In this document: in pieces, positions 30,039-40,739 of the stretch
Layout: each line of letters starts with the position of its first letter
Numbering within the stretch: position 1 is the first letter of the stretch
Source: a virus
Reading direction: 5' to 3' (one strand)
Virus record (IMG/VR): IMGVR_UViG_3300020213_000027
Coordinates: 15,845 to 79,844 of that record
DNA: 64,000 nucleotides
Made by a program: the position numbers and the translations under genes
Notes under the pieces: model-generated
What the model was told of the DNA's origin: nothing
Databases searched by the model: none
Seen by the model: only the letters and a program-made list of their open reading frames with translations

Positions 30039-30694
30039 TGAGCGGTTTAATTTATAAAAAAATGGCAAGTGTTATGCAAGAAATTGGTCCTGTGACAAAG
30101 GATCAAAAAAATGTAGCTCAAGGATTTAAATTTCGAGGAATTGATCAATTTGTTAATGCTCTTCATCCAGCTTTAGTTAAACATGGAGTTTTTATGGCAC
30201 CAAGAGCAACTTCATATACACAAGAACTTAAAGAAGTACAAAGAAGTAGCGGAAAAAATGGCATTGATAAACATGTTAGTATTATGATGGAATATGATTT
30301 TTTTGCTGAAGATGGAAGTAAAGTTACTATTGGGCCTATTCCAGCAGAGGGTCTCGATAGTGGAGATAAAGCAACAAACAAAGCTCTTTCTGCAGCTTTG
30401 AAATATGCGCTTATTCAAACATTTGCTGTACCTACAGAAGATATGGAAGAAGCTGATAAAACTAGTCCAGAAATAAATTCATTCACTAAGACTAAACCAA
30501 CAGCAAAACAAGAAGAACCAACTTCAATTACAGTAATTAATGGAATAGGGACAGTAGGAAAAGTTACTCTTGATACTACACTTTCTGGACCAAATACACC
30601 AGCTACCCCAGTCTCTTCTCCTAAATCAGGATTTGCTAGCTTTAAAGCAAATGGATCAGCTGGACCAGCTAAAACTTCTAACGGAATATTTTAA
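30038..30694 (+). CDS. ERF-family ssDNA annealing protein
   Basis: GFKFRGID, GLDSGDKATNKALSAALKY. Confidence 0.85.
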   Translation: MSGLIYKKMASVMQEIGPVTKDQKNVAQGFKFRGIDQFVNALHPALVKHGVFMAPRATSYTQELKEVQRSSGKNGIDKHVSIMMEYDFFAEDGSKVTIGPIPAEGLDSGDKATNKALSAALKYALIQTFAVPTEDMEEADKTSPEINSFTKTKPTAKQEEPTSITVINGIGTVGKVTLDTTLSGPNTPATPVSSPKSGFASFKANGSAGPAKTSNGIF

Positions 30695-31820
30695 GGAATT
30701 TTTATGAATGCAGCAGATGCCAAAAAAGCAGCTTTAACAAATAAGAAACAAATGGAAGATAATCTTAAGCTTAAACAACAAAAAGCTAAAAATGCTGATG
30801 TTATTCTTTTATTGAACCATTTCAATACTAAAATTGAAGAAGCAGTTAATAAAGGAAGACTTAGCATTGATGTTGTTGAATTTCCTATAGATAGATTTTC
30901 AGATGATATTGTTAGGGAAGTAGCCGAGCATCTTCAGATTGAAGGCTACCGTCTTAGTATGGAGAAGCATAATGCATATCATACAATTAAATTCAATATT
31001 GGATGGGCATAATGGAAGAAATTAAGATAGAAACACAAACTGAAGAAAATAAGCCGCTCACTGAAGAGCAGCATGCAATGCTCGCTTTTGAGCATTTCAC
31101 TGGTCTATTTCTTCAAAAGCTTAATAATTACTCTGGATCAAGAAAACAGATCATGCGAGCTATGTCTCATGGTATGGTTGCACCTCTTTCTAAAGAAGAG
31201 CCTAGATTTAGTTATGTTGAAGAAAAAGAACTTTTTGATTTGTATACTGAAGCAAACAGTGCTAAGCTTATTTTGATGGTTCATGGTCTTATTAAGTCAG
31301 GAGCTTTGCAGCAATTGAAGCCTTTGATGTCTGTTGGAGGTTTGACAGAATCAGAGCAGCAGTTAGCAAATATGACTTATGGTGATCAAAAACTTGAAGG
31401 TGAAGTAACTGTAGATGAGCTTAAAGAAGCTAATGTTGTTAGTGAATAAAGGAAAATAAAATGGCAAAGAATGTACAAATTGGTAGTGTGATGGTTTCTG
31501 ATGATAAGAATGGTAATAAACGAATTTCTATTGGACTAGGTAGAAAGAATAAACCGCCTTATCAAAATAATGATGTGACTGTTGAAGTTCTTGTAAAAGA
31601 TTCTACAGGAAAAGTTTTAGCTAGACAAACTGATGGATTTCTTAATCTAGTTGATCCACGTACTCAACCTGACGAACTCCTAAAACTAGGTCTTGTATCT
31701 GAAGAAACAGCAGGGAAGATGCGTGCATCAGCTGCTAAACTTCCAGAAAAAATTAAATATCAGGTAGTTTTGCCGAGAAGCTAAGTTTACCCCCTTATAA
31801 CTTAGTTGTGTTCCTGAATG

Positions 31821-31862
31821 CCCGAGATAACATATTCCCCTATGCTTGTCTCGGGTTTTTTT
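31821..31862 (+). terminator. Intrinsic terminator
   Basis: CCCGAGATAA...TTGTCTCGGG stem followed by T7. Confidence 0.75.
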
Positions 31863-32076
31863 ATTTATGAAGATCAAAAAAACTATTAAAGCAACAGTTG
31901 GAAATATAATAAAACATAAATCTGAATACTTTTATAAAAGGTTTGGATATGGGTTTATTATTGAAATCGTTAAAGATGAAATATCAGTAATTTGGGGAAT
32001 ACTCGAATCTAGATCTCTTTATACTAAAACATATTTAAACAATATGGAATTAATAACAGATGTATTCAAAGTTTAA
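31846..32076 (+). CDS. KOW/SH3-like mini-protein
   Basis: VGNIIKH...ELITDVFK. Confidence 0.5.
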   Translation: MSRVFLFMKIKKTIKATVGNIIKHKSEYFYKRFGYGFIIEIVKDEISVIWGILESRSLYTKTYLNNMELITDVFKV

Positions 32077-32254
32077 AAAAGGTGATATAGTAATTACAAT
32101 GAATGATCAATATGAATTTCTTATGGATAAACCAATCTACGATAAAGATTATTATGGGAAATATAAAATTCAAGTTGGACCAACAGCTCATATTTCAGCA
32201 AAAATTGCTAAGTTAGTAACAAAAGTTTTTAGAGAGGAAGATAATGGAATATAG
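32060..32254 (+). CDS. KOW/SH3-like mini-protein
   Basis: FKKGDIV...KLVTKVFR. Confidence 0.5.
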   Translation: MYSKFKKGDIVITMNDQYEFLMDKPIYDKDYYGKYKIQVGPTAHISAKIAKLVTKVFREEDNGI

Positions 32255-34172
32255 ACGATTAACTGAAGGACTAAATGATAAAGGAAAACTTATACCGGCT
32301 CATTCTGATATATTTAGTTATATTTCAGATAGAAATAAGGATTACTATTTAAGCACGTATAAATATACCGAAAAACATAGAGAGCAGTTCTTAGAACATG
32401 GAACAATCGCAGGAATTACAGACGTAGTTACGGAGAAAATTTGGTGGGATTTTGATAGTGAGTTTGATCCAGACACCGCAAAAGCGGATACCATAAAACT
32501 AGTTAATAAACTTATCCTAAAGGGCATTGAAAAAGAAGATATTTTTATTGCTTTTTCAGGAAATAAAGGTTTTGGAGTAGAAGTAAATCTATTGGAAACC
32601 TACACACCAAAACAGATTAAAAGCATAGCATTCGAGCTAGCTGAAAATCTATCTACATTTGATACAAAGATGTATAATGCTTCTAGAGTATTTAGAGTAT
32701 ATGGAACAAGACACAATAAAACAGGACTGTTTAAAACTCCTTTAACTTTTAATCAGTTAAATGAGCTATCTTCAGATAACATTATGAAATTGGCTAGTTC
32801 ATTTCCTAAATGGGACAATGAATTTAGATGGGATGCTGTGACATCTCCTTTTATTGTAAATAAAGAACATGAATCAATAATTGAAGAAAGAGTTGAAAAT
32901 TTAATTCCAACTTTAGATTATTCAATGAAACCCAAATTTCTAAGTAATTGTAGATGGGCTATCCAAAATGGATATTTTAAACAAGGAGATAGAAATATTG
33001 CTTTACTTTGTTTAGGATCTACATATAAAAATATGGGATTTACAATTGAGCATGTATATCGACTTTTAAAGGGAGTTGCAGAACTGCAATCTAAATACAG
33101 CCAAACAGAAAGATTTTCAGATAGTGAACTATTTAATAATATTATTAAAGTAGTATTTGCTGCAACTTGGAATAATGGACAATACACATGCCGAGAAGAT
33201 AAAAACTGGCTTCATACTTTTTGTTCAAAGCTAGAACATCCTTGTAATCATAAAACTGAAGATGAACTAAAGCCTAGAACATTTATGGATCTTAAGGATG
33301 ATTTTAAACATTATGTTAAGAATATTCATAAGAACACAATCCTAACTGGATTGCCTAGCATTGATAAGAATGTATTTCTTTCAACTGGAGCTAACGTCGG
33401 AATTATTGGAGCAGCTGGATCGGGAAAAACTACAGTAGCTCTTGAAATCCTAAATCATACTTCTAAAGCCGGAGTAAGGTCTGTATGTGCAAGTTTGGAT
33501 ATGGCAAAGAATCGTATTTTTGAAAAGATTCTTTATCGTCTAACTGGTCATGATAGAACAGAACTTTATAGGATATTTCAAGATAATGAAGAAGAACCAA
33601 TACTAAATCAACTTAAAGAAGAATTTGGTAATGTACAATTCTTTAAGAAGAGTTCTCCCACTGTTCAAGATATTAAAGATTATATTATTAAATGTAATGA
33701 AGTGAGTGATGAAAAGATCAAACTAGTTGTGATTGATTATTTTGAACGAGTATCATCTGATTTTAGTGATGATACCCAAGCTAGTAAGAAAGTAGCTGGC
33801 GAACTTCAGGATTTAGTAGATGATCTAGATGTGTGTCTTATAACTCTTGTTCAACCTAATAAATTTGCACTAGTTGGTGGACCAGATCAACCTATTTATG
33901 ATTACACTAAAATTAAGGGTAGTAGTTTTGTTTACCAAGCTTTTCGAATCATTATTTCTTGTTGGAGACCTTTCTTTAATCCTAAAACATTTATGAATGA
34001 TAAATATATGCAAATGGCAGTGCTAAAGAATGATCTAGGAGAACTTGCCGAATTTGAATTTAATTGGGAAGGTAAACGTGGCATAATCAGTGAAATGGAA
34101 GATTTTCAACATGCCGAATTTGAAGAACTTTTAAGACAAAAAGTAGAAACTAAGAAAGACACTCTTTTTTAA
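32244..34172 (+). CDS. Primase (AEP-type)-helicase (SF4/DnaB-like) fusion
   Basis: WDFD, FSGNKGF, GAAGSGKT, VVIDY motifs. Confidence 0.85.
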   Translation: MEYRRLTEGLNDKGKLIPAHSDIFSYISDRNKDYYLSTYKYTEKHREQFLEHGTIAGITDVVTEKIWWDFDSEFDPDTAKADTIKLVNKLILKGIEKEDIFIAFSGNKGFGVEVNLLETYTPKQIKSIAFELAENLSTFDTKMYNASRVFRVYGTRHNKTGLFKTPLTFNQLNELSSDNIMKLASSFPKWDNEFRWDAVTSPFIVNKEHESIIEERVENLIPTLDYSMKPKFLSNCRWAIQNGYFKQGDRNIALLCLGSTYKNMGFTIEHVYRLLKGVAELQSKYSQTERFSDSELFNNIIKVVFAATWNNGQYTCREDKNWLHTFCSKLEHPCNHKTEDELKPRTFMDLKDDFKHYVKNIHKNTILTGLPSIDKNVFLSTGANVGIIGAAGSGKTTVALEILNHTSKAGVRSVCASLDMAKNRIFEKILYRLTGHDRTELYRIFQDNEEEPILNQLKEEFGNVQFFKKSSPTVQDIKDYIIKCNEVSDEKIKLVVIDYFERVSSDFSDDTQASKKVAGELQDLVDDLDVCLITLVQPNKFALVGGPDQPIYDYTKIKGSSFVYQAFRIIISCWRPFFNPKTFMNDKYMQMAVLKNDLGELAEFEFNWEGKRGIISEMEDFQHAEFEELLRQKVETKKDTLF

Positions 34173-34342
34173 TGAGATTAGGAGATATTGTACAACATAA
34201 TATATTAAGAGAGTATGGATTTGTTTATAAAGTCCAATCTGAGAAATATTTTGTACGATTTCCTGGTAGATCTTTTGCTTATGTTTATACATATCAAAGT
34301 CCTCAAATGTTAAAAATTATAAGTAAGGCATTTAGAGAATGA
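34172..34342 (+). CDS. KOW/SH3-like mini-protein (not in the ORF track)
   Basis: MRLGDIVQH...KIISKAFRE; TAATG and ATGA overlaps with both neighbours. Confidence 0.6.
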   Translation: MRLGDIVQHNILREYGFVYKVQSEKYFVRFPGRSFAYVYTYQSPQMLKIISKAFRE

Positions 34343-36555
34343 ATTCTCATTTAATAACTACATTTGAAGATTTTGAGAAACTTAAAGAGTATGTTTCTAT
34401 TCAATCTTATGAATATGTAGTTCTCGATACTGAAACTGATGGTGTGATTGAAAGAAAAGCTAAACTGTACGGCATTGGAATATGTTTCACAAATGAAGAA
34501 GCCTTTTACATTCCCATTCGTAATTCGCGAACTGAAAAATGGTGGACAGTTGAGCAAGAAGAAGCTATTAAACAATTCATCTATGATTTAGCTATTAAAT
34601 ATAAACTCATAGGCCACAATATAATATACGATATTCTTGTTCTTCAAAATAATTGGGGATATGATCTTACAAGTAGTATCTTCAGTGATACTATCTTATT
34701 AAAGCATACTTTAGATGAAGAACGGCCTCATGGACTAAAAGAAACATCAGTAAAGTATTTAGGAGCATGGGCGGATAAAGCTCAGGAGGCTCTACATACA
34801 AATATCATAAAGAATGGTGGCAAAGCTACAAAGAATCATATGGAGATGTGGCGCGCTGATTCAGAGGTATTAGGAGTGTATTGCTGCTGGGATGTATTAT
34901 TGACTCGCAAATTATTTGATCTATTCAATCCTAAACTTATAGCAGAAGGACTTCATGATCTATTTTATATAGACGAAATCATGCCTCTTTATAAAGAAGT
35001 GACTATTCCAATGAAGCAACATGGATTTCCAATAGATGTTCCTTATTTTAGTACCCTAAATGAAAATATCACTAAAGAGATTGAAAATTTAGAAAAGAAA
35101 ATACTTATTGAGATTAGACCTTTAATTCTAAATTATGAACAAGAACTACTAAATGAAATGTATCCTGTAAAGAAAACTGGCCTATTTCCAAAACATTGTG
35201 CACAAGTTATTAACTTTGACTTACCTAAGAATAAAAATGGAGATATTACTTTATCCAAAAAAGAACTATTAAAGATTAATCAAGAAAATAGAACGCCAGC
35301 ACAAATGCAGTATTTAGATTGGATTTTAGGAGATGGGGAATTAGATAAAGATTTGATTCTAGAAACTAGACTACTTTGGCACAATGCCCCAATTTTTAAT
35401 CTAAAATCTAATGATGACTTGAAATATCTATTTTTTAATAAATTGGGATATGAACCTATCGGTCATACTGAAAAAGGCGAACCTCAAATTGATGATGAAT
35501 TCTTAGAAAGTATTAAATCTCAACAAAGTTGGATTCAACTATTAGTTGATATTAAAAAACTTAACAAACTAAAAGCAACATATATAGAAGGAATTTTAGA
35601 AAGACAAATTGATGGAGTGATTTATACGAGCATGTTACAGTTTGGAACAACTTCTGGAAGATATAGTAGTAAAGATCCTAATCTTCAAAATCTACCTAGG
35701 GTAAAAGAAGATGATAGTGGTTTATCTGAATTAGTACTAATATATGTAAATAGCATCAAAAAAGGATTTATAGCTGGTCCTGGTAAAAAAATTATAAATG
35801 CAGACTATAGCCAACTTGAACCTAGAGCATTTGCTGAAGCTTCTAATGATAAACTTCTACAGCAATCATTTATCAATGGAGAAGATCTATATGGATCTAT
35901 TGCAGTTAATGTTTGGCATCTAGATTGCAAACCAAATGAAGTTAAAAAGAAATACCCAGAATATCGACAGCAAGCCAAAATAATCGCTTTAGCAGTTGTT
36001 TATGGAGCCGAAGCCGGGCGCATATCGAAATTAATGGGGATTGATTATAAAGAAGCTCAACAAGTTATAGACGACTATTTAAATGCTTATCCTGGACTTA
36101 GAACTTATATGTCAGAGTGTAATAAGGAAGTTTGCACTAAAGGCGAAATTAGAACTAAATATGGACGCATCAGACATCTTCCTGAAGCAAAACGACTATT
36201 CAATGCTTATGGTTTAAAATTATTAGATAAACAATGGGCTAAAAAGCAAGGACTAGATGAAACTCGTTGGAAATTTAAAAATATGCTCAATTTAGCCAAA
36301 AATCATAAGATTCAAGGTTTAGCAGCTAGAATCGTTAATAGTGCTTCTATCGCTGTAAATAGGGAATTTAAAAGACAAAATATTAATGCACTAATGATAA
36401 TGAATCTTCATGATGAGATAACTGTAATAGCAGATGAAAATCAATCAGAAAAAGTTAAAACTATTTTAAAAGATTGTATGGAAAATACTATAAAACTATC
36501 GGTACCACTTAAAGCAGATCCTATTATAGCAAATAATTGGTCAGAGGCTAAATAG
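34339..36555 (+). CDS. polA: Family A DNA polymerase with 3'-5' exonuclease
   Basis: DTETDG, HNIIYD, TTSGRYSS, DYSQLEPR, KIIALAVVYG, HDE. Confidence 0.95.
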   Translation: MNSHLITTFEDFEKLKEYVSIQSYEYVVLDTETDGVIERKAKLYGIGICFTNEEAFYIPIRNSRTEKWWTVEQEEAIKQFIYDLAIKYKLIGHNIIYDILVLQNNWGYDLTSSIFSDTILLKHTLDEERPHGLKETSVKYLGAWADKAQEALHTNIIKNGGKATKNHMEMWRADSEVLGVYCCWDVLLTRKLFDLFNPKLIAEGLHDLFYIDEIMPLYKEVTIPMKQHGFPIDVPYFSTLNENITKEIENLEKKILIEIRPLILNYEQELLNEMYPVKKTGLFPKHCAQVINFDLPKNKNGDITLSKKELLKINQENRTPAQMQYLDWILGDGELDKDLILETRLLWHNAPIFNLKSNDDLKYLFFNKLGYEPIGHTEKGEPQIDDEFLESIKSQQSWIQLLVDIKKLNKLKATYIEGILERQIDGVIYTSMLQFGTTSGRYSSKDPNLQNLPRVKEDDSGLSELVLIYVNSIKKGFIAGPGKKIINADYSQLEPRAFAEASNDKLLQQSFINGEDLYGSIAVNVWHLDCKPNEVKKKYPEYRQQAKIIALAVVYGAEAGRISKLMGIDYKEAQQVIDDYLNAYPGLRTYMSECNKEVCTKGEIRTKYGRIRHLPEAKRLFNAYGLKLLDKQWAKKQGLDETRWKFKNMLNLAKNHKIQGLAARIVNSASIAVNREFKRQNINALMIMNLHDEITVIADENQSEKVKTILKDCMENTIKLSVPLKADPIIANNWSEAK

Positions 36556-36559
36556 AGGA

Positions 36560-36802
36560 TTGATTATGATTACTACAGGTAGTATTATTTCAGGTACTTT
36601 ATTTGTAAATTGCGATTCAGGAGCTCTTGCTATAGACAAACTTGAAAATCTATTAAAACTCCGTGGCGCCAATACATTTTGTGATAGCAATAATTCAGAT
36701 AAATATTATATCTTAATTGAAAAGATTGAACTTGACGCTCTAAAAGCAGAATTACATAGACTGCAGTTCCAATTAAAACTTGATAATCTTATAAAAGAGT
36801 GA
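36560..36802 (+). CDS. Hypothetical protein with C-terminal FxxKL motif
   Basis: Ends FQLKLDNLIKE. Confidence 0.5.
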   Translation: MIMITTGSIISGTLFVNCDSGALAIDKLENLLKLRGANTFCDSNNSDKYYILIEKIELDALKAELHRLQFQLKLDNLIKE

Positions 36803-36814
36803 GATAATAATTGT

Positions 36815-37237
36815 ATGAAAGCAATAGTCGAAATTCCTAAAGGTTCTATATATAAATATGAACTTAAGCATGGTGTGCTTATTTTAGATAGGGTATTATC
36901 TATTCCTTATCCAGCAAATTATGGATTCATTCCTAACACTCTAAGTGAAGATGGGGATGAGCTGGATATCTTTGTATATAGTGAAACGCCAATTCACCCT
37001 TTATCTCAAGTAAAGCTCGAAGTGCTAGGAGTAATTGAAATGCTTGATGGAGGAGTGAATGATGACAAACTTATCTGTAGGTTGGAAAACAGCTTTCACC
37101 CTGTTGATAATAGCTTTAGTCAAATTATTTATTTTTTACGTAATTACAAGGTCGGCACGGTAATGGGCGATATTGGAAATAAAGACAAAGCTTTACAAAT
37201 TTTAGAACAAGCTAAAGTTAGGTTTAATACTAAATGA
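36815..37237 (+). CDS. ppa: Inorganic pyrophosphatase (family I)
   Basis: EIPKGS, KYE, YPANYGFIP, DGDELD, DDKL. Confidence 0.92.
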   Translation: MKAIVEIPKGSIYKYELKHGVLILDRVLSIPYPANYGFIPNTLSEDGDELDIFVYSETPIHPLSQVKLEVLGVIEMLDGGVNDDKLICRLENSFHPVDNSFSQIIYFLRNYKVGTVMGDIGNKDKALQILEQAKVRFNTK

Positions 37238-37602
37238 ACCACACCCACCTATTGATTCGAGCCAAAGTTAATAAACCTCCAACGGATGCCATACAGCTAA
37301 ATGATTGGTTAGCAAATTTAGTAAGTTTGATAGATATGAAAATTCTTATGGGTCCTTACTCTAAATATTTAGACGTTGAAGGGAATAGAGGCATTACTGG
37401 AATCGTTGTTATTGAAACATCACATATCAGTTGTCATTTTTGGGATGAAGAAAAGCCTGGTCTTTTGCAGATGGATGTTTATTCTTGCAAAGAGTTTGAT
37501 AGTTCTATAGTAGAAAAAGCTTTACAAGCATTTGAACCTATTTTAATTAAAACTATTTTAATAGATAGAAATGATGGATTGACAATATGCAAGTCAAATT
37601 AA
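37234..37602 (+). CDS. speD: S-adenosylmethionine decarboxylase family (pyruvoyl)
   Basis: GITGIVVIETSHISCH, DVYSC. Confidence 0.85.
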   Translation: MNHTHLLIRAKVNKPPTDAIQLNDWLANLVSLIDMKILMGPYSKYLDVEGNRGITGIVVIETSHISCHFWDEEKPGLLQMDVYSCKEFDSSIVEKALQAFEPILIKTILIDRNDGLTICKSN

Positions 37603-38231
37603 TATCTACAACTCAAGGTATGAATGAAATGTCAGCTGAAGAGCTTATCGCTTATACAGCTCGTGTTTCTAATCTTATTAACCAAAACAATACAGAAACT
37701 GCCCCTAAGCTTATTAAATATCTTATTAAAAATAAACATTGGTCACCCTTTGAAATGGCTCATATGACTCTAGAAATTTCTACTTCTAGAGCTATTGCCC
37801 AACAAATTTTAAGACACAGATCATTCTCATTTCAAGAATTTAGTCAACGTTATGCAGAATCATCTTCATTTATTGTTTACCCTGCAAGACGTCAAGATAA
37901 CAAAAATAGACAAAATAGTATAGATGATTTATCCGAAGAAGATAAGTTGTGGTTTATAAATAGACAAATGGAAATTCACCAACATTCAAATGATTTATAT
38001 AGGCAAGCTTTAAATAAAGGAATTGCTAAAGAGCAAGCTCGATTTCTTTTACCTCTTAGTACTGAAACTAAACTTTATATGTGTGGATCAATAAGAAGTT
38101 GGGTACATTATCTAGAATTGAGATGTGATAAAGGAACTCAATTAGAACATCAAGATATTGCTAATCAATGTAAAAAAATATTTATAGAACAATTTCCTAA
38201 TATAGGAAAAGCTTTAGAATGGGAGATATAA
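37587..38231 (+). CDS. thyX: Flavin-dependent thymidylate synthase
   Basis: HWSPFE, RHRSFSFQEFSQRY. Confidence 0.95.
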   Translation: MQVKLISTTQGMNEMSAEELIAYTARVSNLINQNNTETAPKLIKYLIKNKHWSPFEMAHMTLEISTSRAIAQQILRHRSFSFQEFSQRYAESSSFIVYPARRQDNKNRQNSIDDLSEEDKLWFINRQMEIHQHSNDLYRQALNKGIAKEQARFLLPLSTETKLYMCGSIRSWVHYLELRCDKGTQLEHQDIANQCKKIFIEQFPNIGKALEWEI

Positions 38232-38528
38232 ATGGAAAAACAAGAAAAGAAATCAGAAGATAAAGTAGAACCCCCAAATTTGGGGCCTTTAATAATTTTA
38301 TTATCAATTTTAATGTGCATTTTAGTAATTTCTACATCTCCTACATTCAAAGTAGGATCTTGTGTGCGTCTAAAAGATTCAAAATCAGATCCAAGACCTA
38401 CTTGTAAGATTTTAGCTTTAGAAGATAATGTTTATACTTATGATTGTCATTCTAATAAACTAACAGAAGATAGAGTTGTATTAGAAGCAGAATTTGAACT
38501 TACTCCTTGTTTGGAAGGAAAACTATGA
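38232..38528 (+). CDS. Membrane-anchored small beta protein
   Basis: TM segment then FKVGSCVRLK...C. Confidence 0.5.
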   Translation: MEKQEKKSEDKVEPPNLGPLIILLSILMCILVISTSPTFKVGSCVRLKDSKSDPRPTCKILALEDNVYTYDCHSNKLTEDRVVLEAEFELTPCLEGKL

Positions 38529-38791
38529 ATAAAGGAAATATTATTCTTATATTGGGATGTTTAATATCTATTGTAGGATTGTCTATTTTAGCTCTTTATG
38601 GTTTTACTCCCAAATTTAAACCCGGAGATTGTATTACATTGAAAAATCTTGAAGAATGGGATAACTTTAAATGTAAAGTATTAAAAGTAGGAAAATATAA
38701 ATATCTTCTAGATTGTCCTGGTTTTTCAAATAAAAAAGATCCTTACATAAATGATACAGATTCTGAATATGGAAAAGTAGCTTGTGAATAG
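38507..38791 (+). CDS. Membrane-anchored small beta protein (paralog of the previous ORF)
   Basis: TM segment then FKPGDCITLK...C. Confidence 0.5.
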   Translation: MFGRKTMNKGNIILILGCLISIVGLSILALYGFTPKFKPGDCITLKNLEEWDNFKCKVLKVGKYKYLLDCPGFSNKKDPYINDTDSEYGKVACE

Positions 38792-39050
38792 GATATCTGC
38801 TTTGTATTTTGCATTTAAATTATATCTACAAGTTAGATATATGCTTTATAAGCATAACATTCCTTGGAAATATGTTCATGAGGAGTTAATTTTATATCTT
38901 ATGGAATTAGATACTTTTTATCTACCTAAAAATATGATACCCTCATTTATATTATTTCATATTGAAAACACATTTATAATAGAAGTCATTAAAACAAATC
39001 TAGTTTATAGAAAAAGATTTGAAGAAAAGTTAAATAGGATTATTAAATGA
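38784..39050 (+). CDS. Hypothetical protein with C-terminal FxxKL motif
   Basis: Ends [10 protein letters not shown]. Confidence 0.5.
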   Translation: MNRISALYFAFKLYLQVRYMLYKHNIPWKYVHEELILYLMELDTFYLPKNMIPSFILFHIENTFIIEVIKTNLVYRKRFEEKLNRIIK

Positions 39051-40150
39051 AAATTGCTTTATCATTCAATGATGTTCTTCTAATTCCCAAATTTAGTACA
39101 ATCAAAACTCGAAAAGATGTGCTAACTAAAGTTTTATTTCTAGGAGAAGAAATCCTTCCAATTATTAGTAGTAATATGGACGCTGTTACAGGACCAGAAA
39201 TGATTAAAGCTATGACTGATCTAGGAGCTAGGGCTTGCCTTCATAGATTTCAATCTATTGAAGATAATGTTAAACAGTTTGTTGAATCAGGTAAAACAGC
39301 CTATGTATCTATTGGATTAGGTGAAAATGAACTAGAAAGAGCTAAAGCTCTTGTTATAGCTGGTGCTAAGCGACTAGTTATAGATGTAGCTCATGGCGCA
39401 TCCTTAGCTGTTATAGAACAAGTTGCAGCTCTTAGAGATGCTTATGGATCTTCTATTTATCTCATTGTAGGTAATTTTGCTGATATAAAAAGTATAGACA
39501 GGTTTAAGTATCATTTAAATCCTTATAAAGTAGACGCTTGGAAGGTAGGAATTGGAGGAGGATCGGCTTGTACAACTCGCATAGTAACTGGAGTAGGACT
39601 TCCAACTTTTCAAAGTATATTAGATTGTTCTAAAGTAGAAGAGCCTATTATTGCAGATGGTGGTATTAAAAATAGTGGAGATTTTGTTAAAGCTTTAGCA
39701 GCTGGAGCTACTGCAGTAATGATTGGTGGGATGCTCGCTGGAACAGATGAGAGTTCGGGAAATAGTATTATGAGAAATCTATCAATGTATCCAGGAACTG
39801 AAATACTTCCCGGTGACAAAGTGTTTGTGCCTACTGGTCAAGAACCTTTTACTCAGGGATGCCTAATTCAGCGTCCAACTCATAAACGATATAGAGGATC
39901 AGCTTCTCAAGAATCTTATGAAGCTCAAGGTAAAACTTCTGAGTGGAGAACCGCTGAGGGTGAATCATTTCTAGTTCCTTATACAGGACCTGTCGCAAAT
40001 ATTATTCAACAACTAGAAGCAGGGTTACGAAGCAGCATGTCTTATTTAGGAGCTAATAATCTTTTAGATTTTAAAAGAAATGCAGAATTTGTTCAAATTA
40101 CAAATAATGGAGTAAGAGAAAATGAAGCCCATGGAAAAAATCATAGCTAG
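39047..40150 (+). CDS. IMP dehydrogenase/GMP reductase family (no CBS domain)
   Basis: [36 protein letters not shown]. Confidence 0.9.
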   Translation: MKIALSFNDVLLIPKFSTIKTRKDVLTKVLFLGEEILPIISSNMDAVTGPEMIKAMTDLGARACLHRFQSIEDNVKQFVESGKTAYVSIGLGENELERAKALVIAGAKRLVIDVAHGASLAVIEQVAALRDAYGSSIYLIVGNFADIKSIDRFKYHLNPYKVDAWKVGIGGGSACTTRIVTGVGLPTFQSILDCSKVEEPIIADGGIKNSGDFVKALAAGATAVMIGGMLAGTDESSGNSIMRNLSMYPGTEILPGDKVFVPTGQEPFTQGCLIQRPTHKRYRGSASQESYEAQGKTSEWRTAEGESFLVPYTGPVANIIQQLEAGLRSSMSYLGANNLLDFKRNAEFVQITNNGVRENEAHGKNHS

Positions 40151-40412
40151 TCTATTTCTAATACTCACAAGTTGTGCAACTATTCCTAAACATAGATTTG
40201 AATTAGGAGATTGTATTATTTATTATAAGAGAACGCCACACCCTTTGATGCATTTTCCTGAAGAAGTTATTGATATCAATAAAGAAGGATATGTTACTAG
40301 AATAGTTCCAATGTGGCATTTTACTAGGCCAAGACTAAATAATATTCCTTTTAATAATGAAGAAGACTATCTTAAAGTTGGTTGTCCAGTTCTAATGAAA
40401 GAATACGATTAA
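40122..40412 (+). CDS. Lipoprotein, same family as 38232/38507
   Basis: LTSC lipobox; FELGDCIIY...KVGC. Confidence 0.5.
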   Translation: MKPMEKIIASLFLILTSCATIPKHRFELGDCIIYYKRTPHPLMHFPEEVIDINKEGYVTRIVPMWHFTRPRLNNIPFNNEEDYLKVGCPVLMKEYD

Positions 40413-40495
40413 TGAAGTTTCATTATTTAAGAAGTTTGGGCTATCCTAATAAGGTATTTAATGCTAAACTAGAAAAGTTAGCAGATGATGAGTAA
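40412..40495 (+). CDS. 27-aa micro-ORF, little more than the FxxKL motif
   Basis: MKFHYLRSLGYPNKVFNAKLEKLADDE; TAATG overlap with the upstream stop. Confidence 0.45.
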   Translation: MKFHYLRSLGYPNKVFNAKLEKLADDE

Positions 40496-40720
40496 TATAC
40501 ATGATCTTAAAAGATACAAAGAGGCACTAGCAATTTATCCGCATTTAGAGAAGATTCTTAAAATACTTAGTTTTACAGAAAAATCTTTATCCTATTTTGG
40601 AACGTATATTCCTGTAGCAAAAATCCTTATGGTTATTAAGTCAGAAAGGTACGTACTTGAATCTTATAAGAAAACTTATGAAGATATAAAGAATACTAAA
40701 GGATTAAAGAAATGACGACT

Positions 40721-40739
40721 ATTTAACAAGTGTATAAAA
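40721..40739 (+). promoter_or_regulatory. Putative late promoter (plus strand)
   Basis: TTAACAAGTGTATA upstream of 40752 and of the nuclease/lysis genes. Confidence 0.5.
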
